Shown here: piece after piece, positions 56,578 to 64,000 of the stretch | Position numbering within the stretch: position 1 is the first letter of the stretch | How the letters are laid out: each line of letters opens with the position of its first letter | NCBI GenBank assembly: GCA_016219005.1 | Contig: JACRCN010000084.1 | Coordinates: forward strand, 73,042-137,041 | Length of the DNA: 64,000 bases | Origin: Deltaproteobacteria bacterium | Lineage (GTDB): Bacteria > Desulfobacterota > Desulfobacteria > Desulfobacterales > SpSt-501 | Direction: 5' to 3' | Made by a program: the position numbers and the translations under genes | The notes under the pieces: generated by a model | The model's input: the letters and a program-made list of their open reading frames with translations, nothing else | Told to the model about the DNA's origin: nothing | Databases searched by the model: none

Positions 56578-57753
56578 CTAAACAATCCCGTTTTCGCTCA
56601 AGGCCCGCTTGTCCAGGATGCGTTGCGGGGTGAAAATCGAGAGGTCCAGCGACACCGGCTGCTTCAGGATGAGCTCGGAAAGGTAGCGGCCCACCCCCGG
56701 CCCCTGCTGCAGGCCGTGCCCGGAGAATCCGGTGGCGAGGTACAATCCCTTGATCTCGGGCCATTCCCCCAGGATGGCGTTGCCGTCCAGGGTGTTGACG
56801 TCGTAGAGCCCGGCCCATCCGCGTACGAGCTTAAGGCGGTCCCAAGCCGGCACGAACTCGGCCAGTTCCGGCCAGAGAACTTCCGTGAATCGCTGATCGT
56901 CCCAGGTGAAGTTGAAGCCCACCGGGTCCTCCGGCATGGATTTGCCGAGCAGGATCAGGCCGCCGGTTTCAGTGCGGAAATAAAGCCCCGACAGCAATAC
57001 CGTGAGCGGCAAGGGGCGGTCGGGCTTCACGGCGGTGTCCAGTGCGAACACCTGGCGCTTGACCGCTGCCACCGGCAGCTTCACCCCGGCGGTTTCGGCG
57101 ATCTGGGCCGCCCACGCGCCGCCGCAATTGACGACGCAACCGGCCGCGAGGGTTCGGCCGTCGGCAAGCTCGACCCCGGCGGCCCGGCCGGATTCGGTTC
57201 GGATCTTGACCACTTCGCCGGCGAGGTAGTCCGCCCCGAACGACCTGGCCTTGGCCTTGTAGGCCATCAGGGCGGCGTAGGCATCGAAATGCCCGTCGTC
57301 GGGGCCGAAGGTGGCGCCGATCAGTCCTGCCGTGTCATACAAAGGATAGTGCCGCTTGATCTCGTCCGGCGACCACCACTCGATCCGGCATCCCAGGCTG
57401 CGTTGCAGATCGAAGGCGCGCCGGGCGGCTGCCAGGTTTTGTTCCCCCACCAGGAACAGGTTGCCCTCGCGGTGAAAATAAATTCGGGGTATCCGGTCCT
57501 CAATCGCCATGTCCTCCTCGAAGCGTTCCAGCACCTGGAACGCGTACTGGGAGATCTGGATGTTCTCCTTGAGACTGAACTGGATGCGGACATTGCTCAT
57601 GGAAAGAGTGGTCGAGGCGCGGGCATAGGAGGGATCGCGTTCTACCACCGCGACCTTGAGCGCCGGGTCGGCTTTCGTCAGGTAATAGGCCGTGGCGCTG
57701 CCCATGATGCCGCCGCCGGTGATGATGACGTCCAGGGTTTGGCTATTCTTCAT
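56578..57753 (-). CDS. FAD-dependent oxidoreductase (DAO family; D-amino-acid / sarcosine / opine oxidase-like)
   Basis: 'DVIITGGGIMGSATAYYL' dinucleotide-binding motif and a DAO-family length. Confidence 0.8.
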   Translation of the reverse strand: MKNSQTLDVIITGGGIMGSATAYYLTKADPALKVAVVERDPSYARASTTLSMSNVRIQFSLKENIQISQYAFQVLERFEEDMAIEDRIPRIYFHREGNLFLVGEQNLAAARRAFDLQRSLGCRIEWWSPDEIKRHYPLYDTAGLIGATFGPDDGHFDAYAALMAYKAKARSFGADYLAGEVVKIRTESGRAAGVELADGRTLAAGCVVNCGGAWAAQIAETAGVKLPVAAVKRQVFALDTAVKPDRPLPLTVLLSGLYFRTETGGLILLGKSMPEDPVGFNFTWDDQRFTEVLWPELAEFVPAWDRLKLVRGWAGLYDVNTLDGNAILGEWPEIKGLYLATGFSGHGLQQGPGVGRYLSELILKQPVSLDLSIFTPQRILDKRALSENGIV

Positions 57754-57865
57754 GTTGATCGGCTTCTTTCTCGATGAGGTAATATTGAGGTGATTGAAAA
57801 GAGATGCTTGATGCTGGCTTCTCGATAACGGGTGAAAATGGGGGCGAGATCTCTATCCGAGATCT

Positions 57866-57889
57866 TCGCGGCTGGCAGCCGCTCCCGCA
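57866..57889. repeat. REP-like element (single arm) related to the 62.55-kb palindrome
   Basis: The minus strand reads TGCGGGAGCGGCTGCCAGCCGCGA. It shares GGGAGCGGC-N5-GCCGCGA with the arms at 62554-62606 and contains an internal GCGGC/GCCGC hairpin. Confidence 0.45.
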
Positions 57890-57952
57890 ATAAGTTTCCG
57901 ACCTTTTGTCCGACATCGGGCATCTTCCGGGTTGTTTTTTTTGCGGACCGGC

Positions 57953-58930
57953 CTATAGCGGCAACCAGGTCCCGATCCCTTTCTCCTTGGCCCGTGCGAA
58001 GATCAGCGGGGCCACCGCCATATCGTCGATGGCCAGCCCCAGGTTGGCGGTCATGGTGCGCTCCCTGGGGTTTTCGCGGCCCTTCTTCTTGCCGGTGACC
58101 AGCTCCCCGAGGTCGGCATGGATCGGCGGGATATTCTGGAAATACCCCATGGACTGGTAGTGCTTGAGCTGGGGGATGTCATCCGTGCAGAACCGGGCGG
58201 CCTGGGCCAGGGCCTCGCGGCTCCAGTAGGAATCGTAGTCCACGAGCGAGGCAAAGGCCCCCTCGTCCAGCCAGCCCGCCTGAATGGTGGCATGCGGTAC
58301 CTTCAGGATCGGTCCGGCCGTCGCCACGATGTCGCAGCCGCTCACGGCCTCGCGGGGTGTTTGCACCGCGACCACCTCCAGCTTGAGCCGCCGGGTCATT
58401 TCCGCGGCGTAGCGCCGCGCCGATTCGGCATCCTTGTCGTAGGCCAGAATTTTTTTCAGCGGGAAGGTTTCCTTGAAGGCCTCGGCGTGGCTCTGACCCT
58501 GGACCCCGCATCCGAGCATGCCCATCACCGAGGACTCCGGCCGGGCCAGGCGGCGGGCGGCGACGGCGCTGGCGGCCCCCGTGCGCTTGGCGGTGATCCA
58601 CACGCAGTCCATGACGGCCAGCGGCAGCCCGCTCTCGACGTCGTTGTAAATCAAAAGCCCGGTGATGTAGGGCAGCCCCCGTTTGGGGTTTTCGGGATAC
58701 CCGCTCACCCATTTGACGCCAGCGGACTTCAGGTCCTGGATGTAGGCCGGCATGGCATGGATGAAGTTGTCACCGCCGCCGGGGTGGACGCCCGGCTTGG
58801 GCGGCATCTCGGTGCGGCCCGCGCTCTTGGCGCAGAACGCGGTCTCGATGGCCGCGATAATCTCGGACATGGAAATACCCACGGCAACCACATCCGCTTG
58901 CGACAGGTAGAGCAGTCGATTTTCTGCCAT
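57953..58930 (-). CDS. Ornithine cyclodeaminase / mu-crystallin family protein
   Basis: 'MGMLGCGVQGQSHAEA' Rossmann motif and family-typical length and sequence. Confidence 0.85.
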   Translation of the reverse strand: MAENRLLYLSQADVVAVGISMSEIIAAIETAFCAKSAGRTEMPPKPGVHPGGGDNFIHAMPAYIQDLKSAGVKWVSGYPENPKRGLPYITGLLIYNDVESGLPLAVMDCVWITAKRTGAASAVAARRLARPESSVMGMLGCGVQGQSHAEAFKETFPLKKILAYDKDAESARRYAAEMTRRLKLEVVAVQTPREAVSGCDIVATAGPILKVPHATIQAGWLDEGAFASLVDYDSYWSREALAQAARFCTDDIPQLKHYQSMGYFQNIPPIHADLGELVTGKKKGRENPRERTMTANLGLAIDDMAVAPLIFARAKEKGIGTWLPL

Positions 58931-59049
58931 AGGGCCTCCTGTATTTCAAAAGGTGAAGTGAGGTGCAATTCGGCCTGAGCTATACCGGCAGAGCGCTTGA
59001 CGTGTCAAGGGTTAAGCGATCCACGGCACTGATGATTCGATGGTTTGTC

Positions 59050-59079
59050 TTGACCCTGCCGCTGGCGTGATTCTATATT
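59050..59079 (+). promoter_or_regulatory. Sigma-70-type promoter candidate for glpK
   Basis: TTGACC (59050-59055), an 18-nt spacer, then TATATT (59074-59079). Confidence 0.35.
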
Positions 59080-59160
59080 CACCCTGCGGATGAATGGGTC
59101 GCTCCCCGTCCGTGTTTGCGGGCTGAATTTCACTCACTACCAACGGGCAGGAGGTTGAAG

Positions 59161-60678
59161 ATGGAGCGGTTCATCATGGCCATCGACCAGGGGACCACCG
59201 GCACACGCGTTTTGATCGTCAACCCGGCCGGGCGCATCGTGGCGAACGCCTACGCCGAGCTTCCCCAGATATATCCGCGGCCGGGCTGGGTCGAGCATGA
59301 CGCCGAGGTTATCTGGGGTACGGTGCGGACCGTCATGAGCCGGGCGCTGGCGACGGCCGCGCTCACCGCGGACCGCATCGCGGCCCTGGGCATCACCAAC
59401 CAGAGGGAATCCACCGTGCTGTGGGACCGCAGGACCCTCGCGCCCGTGCACAACGCCATCGTCTGGCAATGCCGGCGTTCCGCCGGCATATGCGAAAAGC
59501 TCAAGGCCGAGGGTCTGGCGGGAGCCTTCCGGGAACGGACCGGGTTGCTTCTGGATGCCTATTTTTCGGGTACGAAGATCAAATGGATGCTGGATGAAGT
59601 CCCGGGTCTGCGGGCGCGGGCGAGGTTCGGCGAGATCGCCTTCGGGACCATCGACGCCTGGCTCATCGCCCGCCTGACCAACGGCCGGCTGCACGTGACC
59701 GATTACACCAACGCCTCGCGCACGCTGATGTTCAACATTCACGACCGCATCTGGGACCCTGACCTGCTGCAGTACCTGGACGTGCCGGCGGCCGTGTTGC
59801 CCGAGGTGATGCCGTCGGCGCATGTGGCCGGACACACCGACGCAGCCGTGGTGGGAGCCGAAATCCCCATCGCCGGAGTCGCCGGCGACCAGCAGGCCGC
59901 TCTCTTCGGGCAGGCTTGCTTCGAGGCGGGCCAGGCGAAGAACACATACGGGACCGGGGGTTTCCTGCTGGTCAACGCCGGCCGGCAGCGGCCCGACCCC
60001 GGTCCGGGCCTGCTCCTGACGCTGGCCTGCGACCGCGGCGGACGGCCCTGCTATGCGCTGGAGGGCTCGGTGTTCATCGCCGGGGCTGTGGTGCAGTGGC
60101 TGCGGGACGGGTTGGGTCTGATCCAGAAAGCCGATGAGACCCAAATGCTGGCGCAGAGCGTTCCCGACACCCAGGGGGTTTACCTGGTACCCGCGTTTGC
60201 GGGGCTCGGGGCGCCCCACTGGGACATGTACGCCCGCGGCGCGATTCTGGGGATAACGCGCGGTACCACGCGTGCGCACATCGTGCGGGCAGCCCTGGAA
60301 AGCATCGCCTACCAGACCCGGGACCTCGTGGGCGCACTGGCAGACGCTGCCGGCATTGCCCTGAGCGAGCTGCGGGTGGACGGCGGGGCGTGCCGGAACG
60401 ATTTCCTCATGCAGTTCCAGGCCGATCTCCTCGGCTGCCCGGTTAACCGTGCCAACACCCTGGAGTCAACTGCGATGGGGGCCGCGTTCCTGGCGGGACT
60501 CGGCGTCGGATTCTGGGATTCAGCCGACGACATTGCCGCGCTGCGGCAGACGGAGAAGGTCTTTCGCCCGCAAATGTGCGACGAAGATCGTGAGCGCATG
60601 TTCCGGGGATGGTGCGAGGCGGTCGAGCGGGTAAAAAGCCACCGGCAGGGTGTTGAAAAACCGCGCCTGAGGCCGTGA
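59161..60678 (+). CDS. glpK: Glycerol kinase
   Basis: '[10 protein letters not shown]', '[13 protein letters not shown]', '[10 protein letters not shown]'. The ATG at 59161 is preceded by AGGAGG. Confidence 0.93.
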   Translation: MERFIMAIDQGTTGTRVLIVNPAGRIVANAYAELPQIYPRPGWVEHDAEVIWGTVRTVMSRALATAALTADRIAALGITNQRESTVLWDRRTLAPVHNAIVWQCRRSAGICEKLKAEGLAGAFRERTGLLLDAYFSGTKIKWMLDEVPGLRARARFGEIAFGTIDAWLIARLTNGRLHVTDYTNASRTLMFNIHDRIWDPDLLQYLDVPAAVLPEVMPSAHVAGHTDAAVVGAEIPIAGVAGDQQAALFGQACFEAGQAKNTYGTGGFLLVNAGRQRPDPGPGLLLTLACDRGGRPCYALEGSVFIAGAVVQWLRDGLGLIQKADETQMLAQSVPDTQGVYLVPAFAGLGAPHWDMYARGAILGITRGTTRAHIVRAALESIAYQTRDLVGALADAAGIALSELRVDGGACRNDFLMQFQADLLGCPVNRANTLESTAMGAAFLAGLGVGFWDSADDIAALRQTEKVFRPQMCDEDRERMFRGWCEAVERVKSHRQGVEKPRLRP

Positions 60679-60802
60679 ACCGACTTGGTGCGGCGTTTGT
60701 AAATGTTCACCTATCGCCGAATAGGCTGCGCTTTTCAAAACGCCGCACGTCTTGGCGGACGGCCTGAAGCTTGTTTTTCGACATCTTGATAGAAGCGGCT
60801 TT

Positions 60803-62320
60803 TTAGCGCAGCCCCTTCAACCGGTCCATCCGGCTCGTAATTTCGGTGATGCGGATGCCGTATTTCTCGCTGCGGACCACCACTTCGCCGCGGGCGATCA
60901 GGACGTCGTTGGCCAGGATATCGACTGGCTCGCCCTCGAGCTTGGCGAGCTTGACCGGCGCCCCGGGGCCGAGCCGCAGAAGATCCTGGATCGCGATCTT
61001 GGTGCGGCCCAGCTCCACCGTGAGATCCACCGGGATGTCGAGCAGGATTTCGAGGCCGAAATCCTCCAGCGCGGGGGCGGGCTCGGCCGTGGCTGGTGCG
61101 GCCGGGGACGGCGGAGGTTGCGCGGCGGGGCGGGATGCGGCGGAGGGTATCGGCCGCTTGGCCCCCGCAGGGGCCTGCGACGTTGCGGCCGAGGCGGTTT
61201 TTTTCGGCTGGGCCTGCGGTTCTTCGCCGCCATCGCCTTGGGCGTCCACGACCTCGTAGTGGATGCCCTTGCCCGCCTGGACGGCGCTTTTCACCAGGTC
61301 GGAGATCTTGATGCCCATCTCCACGAACACTGTCCGGCCTTCGCACTGGAACGCGTAGCGTTCGTACCGTTCGAGATTGAGCGATTCGATCATGAAGTCC
61401 GTCCCGGTGGTGAAGGACGGTGTGGAGAGGGCGCAGCGCAGTCCGGCGTCCGTCAGGGCGGATTTGAGGTTGCCGCCGACGATGTTGCCGAGCTCGCCGA
61501 GAAGGTCTTCGATCTCGGCATGCCCTTCGATCTCCTCCGGCTCCATGCCCAGCATGTTTGCCGCCATGATGCGCGCCAGGTCCTCGGGGACATGCACGCT
61601 GACGATGCCGTTGGCATCGCCGGCAAAACACACCGAGGACACGTCACGGATTCCGGTGAGGCTGGCTGATGCCACGGCCTCCATGGACTCCAGTTTGAGC
61701 GACAGCATGGTGTCAAACACGTTCGCCGCCGCCTCTGAGAGTCGGGTCTTGTAATCCAGGGCATTGAGTTTTTCGATGTCCACATCCGGCAGGCGGCTCA
61801 TCGCGTCCGGCGAGCTCAGATCGATACCGCCGTCGGCGCCCGCTACCGATTTCAGCCCAACCTCAACGATCAGCGCGTGCTCGGCATGCTGGAAGGCGAA
61901 CCGCGCGAAGCGGTCCATGCTCAGAGATTTGATGGTGAAGTCGGTGCCGTAGGTGATGGAGGGTGTCGAGAGTATACAGGCATGGCCCGCGTCATTGAGG
62001 GCGGATTTGAGGTTGCCGCCAATGATGTTGGTTATTTCGGCGAGCAGGTCCCGGATGTCGCTGGCGGGGTTTACCTCCTCGGGTGCCATTCCGAGCAGGC
62101 CGGATGCCATCAGGCGCCCGAAATCGATGGTCGTCTGGACGTTGAAAATGCCGCTGACGTTGCCGGCGAAATTGAGGGTACCCACCATGCGCGGAACACC
62201 GCTTCCCGGCGGCGGCTCCACGTCGACCGGCTTGATGTCCAGTGTCATCATGGTAGCGAACGTCTCTACGACGGAGGCGTTTACATGGCTCTGGAGGTCG
62301 AAATTCTCGATTGTGCTCAT
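60803..62320 (-). CDS. Fusion protein: two CheX/CheC-like phosphatase-type domains, a Pro/Ala-rich linker, and a FliN (SpoA) C-terminal domain
   Basis: The pattern '...NIIGGNLKSAL(N/T)DAG...LSTPS(I/F)T(Y/T)GTDF' occurs twice. The C-terminal 'VDLTVELGRTKIAIQDLLRLGPGAPVKL...VLIARGEVVV' is FliN-like. The start was set to the ATG at 62320. Confidence 0.75.
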   Translation of the reverse strand: MSTIENFDLQSHVNASVVETFATMMTLDIKPVDVEPPPGSGVPRMVGTLNFAGNVSGIFNVQTTIDFGRLMASGLLGMAPEEVNPASDIRDLLAEITNIIGGNLKSALNDAGHACILSTPSITYGTDFTIKSLSMDRFARFAFQHAEHALIVEVGLKSVAGADGGIDLSSPDAMSRLPDVDIEKLNALDYKTRLSEAAANVFDTMLSLKLESMEAVASASLTGIRDVSSVCFAGDANGIVSVHVPEDLARIMAANMLGMEPEEIEGHAEIEDLLGELGNIVGGNLKSALTDAGLRCALSTPSFTTGTDFMIESLNLERYERYAFQCEGRTVFVEMGIKISDLVKSAVQAGKGIHYEVVDAQGDGGEEPQAQPKKTASAATSQAPAGAKRPIPSAASRPAAQPPPSPAAPATAEPAPALEDFGLEILLDIPVDLTVELGRTKIAIQDLLRLGPGAPVKLAKLEGEPVDILANDVLIARGEVVVRSEKYGIRITEITSRMDRLKGLR

Positions 62321-62553
62321 ATGATGAGAAACACGCCCGCTCTGCTGGGGATGACCGCCGTGTATCCGTTCCAATCGGAATGCCAGGTCGTCGCGGGGGG
62401 CCCGCTCCGGCGGCAGACACCCATGAAGTGCCGAATTTACTTAAAATTTATGATATTACAATGGGGCGAAAACCTCAACATCAAATTTGAAGACGTCATA
62501 AAAAGCAGGTTACGGCGCGTCGCGCCGACCGATCGGTAAGGATGTGGCCCCCT

Positions 62554-62606
62554 TGTGGGAGTGGCTTCCCGCCACGATACTATCGCGGCCAGATGCCGCT
62601 CCCACA
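62554..62606. repeat. REPIN-like element: two REP-like arms in inverted orientation
   Basis: The left arm is TGTGGGAGTGGCTTCCCGCCACGATA. The reverse complement of the right arm is TGTGGGAGCGGCATCTGGCCGCGATA, which matches at 21/26 positions. Each arm has its own small internal hairpin (GTGGC/GCCAC and GCGGC/GCCGC). Confidence 0.6.
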
Positions 62607-62838
62607 GATTGCGAGGTGATCAATCGAGCGAGCCGCGTGCGGCACTGGGCCCCGGCGAAGGGAACCGGATGGGGCAGCAAGCGCGATGGAACGAGGAAAC
62701 CGGGAGCGGCGCGCAGATGCGCACGGGTTGGGATGTGCAATCGGGCGGTTTTTCCGGCGGCGGGTCGATTTTTTCGAGAACCCGGACCCAGCCGGCAGGG
62801 TTGATGGGCGGTAGCGTCGGCGCAGCCCGCGCCCCTCG

Positions 62839-63270
62839 TTATTTGCCCTTGGGGTACTTCGCCGCCAGCGAATTCATCTGCTTCGCAAAGTTCGCTGGGC
62901 TGTGGTCTCCCGCAAGTTTCATGACCATCTCGCCCGCGGGGGAGAGGAAGAAGACTGCGGGAATGCCCCGCACCTTGTACGCGGCCAGGGTGTCCGTGTC
63001 TTGGTCCACATCCACGTAGATGTTTATCAGCTGTTTCGAAGCCTCGATGACCCGCTTGTCCGACCAAACGTATTTTTTAAGCTCCACACACGGCCCACAC
63101 CAATCGGCCGTGAAATAGACCATGGCAGGTTTCCCCGATTCCCTGGCCAGGCGCAGCCCGTCGGGGTAATTTTTGACCCAGTCCATTTTTGCGGCGGAGT
63201 CTTGCCCGGACGCGGCAAAACAGCCGGCGGCTGTCAGCGCCAGCAAAATCAGCGCGAGTCCTTCTTTCAA
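62839..63270 (-). CDS. Exported thioredoxin-fold protein (possible lipoprotein)
   Basis: 'WCGPC' active site and the signal sequence 'LALILLALTAAGC'. The start was moved to the TTG at 63270 (GGAGGG ribosome-binding site), because the upstream extension is Arg/Gly-rich and unlikely. Confidence 0.75.
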   Translation of the reverse strand: MKEGLALILLALTAAGCFAASGQDSAAKMDWVKNYPDGLRLARESGKPAMVYFTADWCGPCVELKKYVWSDKRVIEASKQLINIYVDVDQDTDTLAAYKVRGIPAVFFLSPAGEMVMKLAGDHSPANFAKQMNSLAAKYPKGK

Positions 63271-63374
63271 TCGATACCCTCCCCGGTCGGCGGGGGGCCG
63301 GCCGTTGCCAACGAGCGCAGCGCCGCCGGCACGGTCGGTACTGCCTCGAGCTTCCATCGAATTGTCCTGGCGAT

Positions 63375-63734
63375 TCAGGGCTTGAGCCGCTCAAAAGGGT
63401 CCCGCTCCCATTCCGGAGTGCCTGCTTCCGTGGCAGCGGAATCCGATCCGTAAAAATCGGCGGTGATCAGGCTGTCGCACATGGCCTTGATCTTCTCCGC
63501 CACCGGCAGGTGGTCCGGATGCTTCTGGTAACGCTCCAGCGCCGGGAGATTGGCGAAGAGAGACACCAGGCTGAAATCGTAGGAGCGCTCCGAACGGACG
63601 ACGTCCCGGCCGAACTCGTACATCTTGATGTCCATGATCTTGTTCGGAAGCTCATCAAGGCGTTGCTCGAGCTCGCGGATCTCCGCATCTCCGACTCCGG
63701 GTTTGAATTTCATCAGGACCACGTGGGTGATCAT
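63375..63734 (-). CDS. Dabb (stress-responsive alpha/beta-barrel) family protein
   Basis: 'MITHVVLMKFKPG' and 'HPDHLPV'. The ATG at 63734 has a GAGGTG ribosome-binding site. Confidence 0.75.
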   Translation of the reverse strand: MITHVVLMKFKPGVGDAEIRELEQRLDELPNKIMDIKMYEFGRDVVRSERSYDFSLVSLFANLPALERYQKHPDHLPVAEKIKAMCDSLITADFYGSDSAATEAGTPEWERDPFERLKP

Positions 63735-64000
63735 CGGCACCTCTTCATTTTTTGCTGGGGACATCGCGCCCGCGCATCTTCGACCCTTCGAGCCACCCGG
63801 CTCGATAGAGTTTTTCCCGGCTACTCAGACCGGGACCCAACGGATTCGGCCGGCAAGCAGAGGCGGCCCCGGGAAATAGAACCGGGCAGGGCTTCACTCA
63901 AAAGGCTGACTTTCTGTCCAACTCGCCGGGGAGATCGATAGCCGAACGGCCACGTCGGTGAACCACACGCGAAAGCTGGCATCCGGGCCCTGGTGGTTCA

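Noticed and set aside
60688-60748. 11-bp inverted repeat GTGCGGCGTTT / AAACGCCGCAC between the convergent glpK and CheX-FliN genes, as a bidirectional terminator
   Set aside because: The 39-nt loop and the lack of flanking T/A-runs make a classical rho-independent terminator doubtful. It is noted only as a possible structure.
61080-61260. Repetitive GC-rich stretch that could look like a tandem-repeat array
   Set aside because: It encodes the Pro/Ala-rich linker of the CheX-FliN fusion. It has no spacer/repeat periodicity and is not CRISPR-like.
60752-61669. 305-aa plus-strand and 298-aa minus-strand (60735-61631) ORFs overlapping the CheX-FliN gene
   Set aside because: These are alternative or antisense frames through a GC- and Pro/Ala-rich linker region. 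Only the 60803-62320 frame shows domain signatures.
63189-63941. 250-aa plus-strand ORF across the thioredoxin-fold and Dabb genes
   Set aside because: It is antisense to two minus-strand genes with clear motifs (WCGPC and the Dabb N-terminus), and its translation is Arg-rich low complexity.
63765-64000. Possible 3' end of a minus-strand gene entering from the right edge (two frames remain open for about 33 codons)
   Set aside because: It is too short, and neither frame is recognisable. It cannot be supported without sequence beyond the window.

Overview
This is a high-GC bacterial chromosomal window. Its gene content (sigma-54 regulation, Hdr/Mvh-type modules, a tungsten-type dearomatising reductase) suggests an anaerobic Deltaproteobacteria/Thermodesulfobacteriota-like organism; that is inference only. 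No rRNA, tRNA, CRISPR array, transposase or integrase was recognised.

Layout:
- 1-8.2 kb: a conserved housekeeping cluster (rlmN on the minus strand; ffh-rpsP-KH-rimM-trmD-small RNA methyltransferase-like-rplS-rnhB-yraN-rsmI on the plus strand).
- 8.2-15.9 kb: ADP-forming acyl-CoA synthetase, a 4'-phosphopantetheinyl transferase (PPTase), a hydantoinase/oxoprolinase-family protein, an HDAC-family deacetylase and a PAS hybrid histidine kinase.
- 16.1-20.2 kb: an orphan periplasmic binding protein plus a large hybrid kinase.
- 20.3-24.5 kb: a MacAB-like efflux operon bracketed by a 19/20 direct repeat.
- About 24.8-45.2 kb: a visibly AT-richer mosaic segment.
- 45.3-58.9 kb: a long minus-strand array (nadK, putA, lysE-family, livFGMHK, FAD oxidoreductase, ornithine cyclodeaminase family).
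- 59-64 kb: glpK, an unusual CheX-CheX-FliN fusion, REP/REPIN-like palindromes, a thioredoxin-fold exported protein and a Dabb protein.

The AT-richer segment holds the most interesting content:
- A BamBCDEF-like operon (class II, tungsten-type benzoyl-CoA-reductase-like). Its HdrA-like and MvhD-like genes each look broken in the ORF track. Each reads through as one frame if a single in-frame TGA is selenocysteine, and each TGA is followed by a hairpin.
- A junction with two gene remnants around a rho-independent terminator.
- A TRAP transporter / DUF35+thiolase / two-subunit CoA-transferase operon. It sits behind a near-consensus sigma-54 promoter with palindromic upstream sites, next to a sigma-54 response regulator and PAS kinase.

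Many long ORFs antisense to or out of frame with these genes are high-GC artefacts and were rejected.
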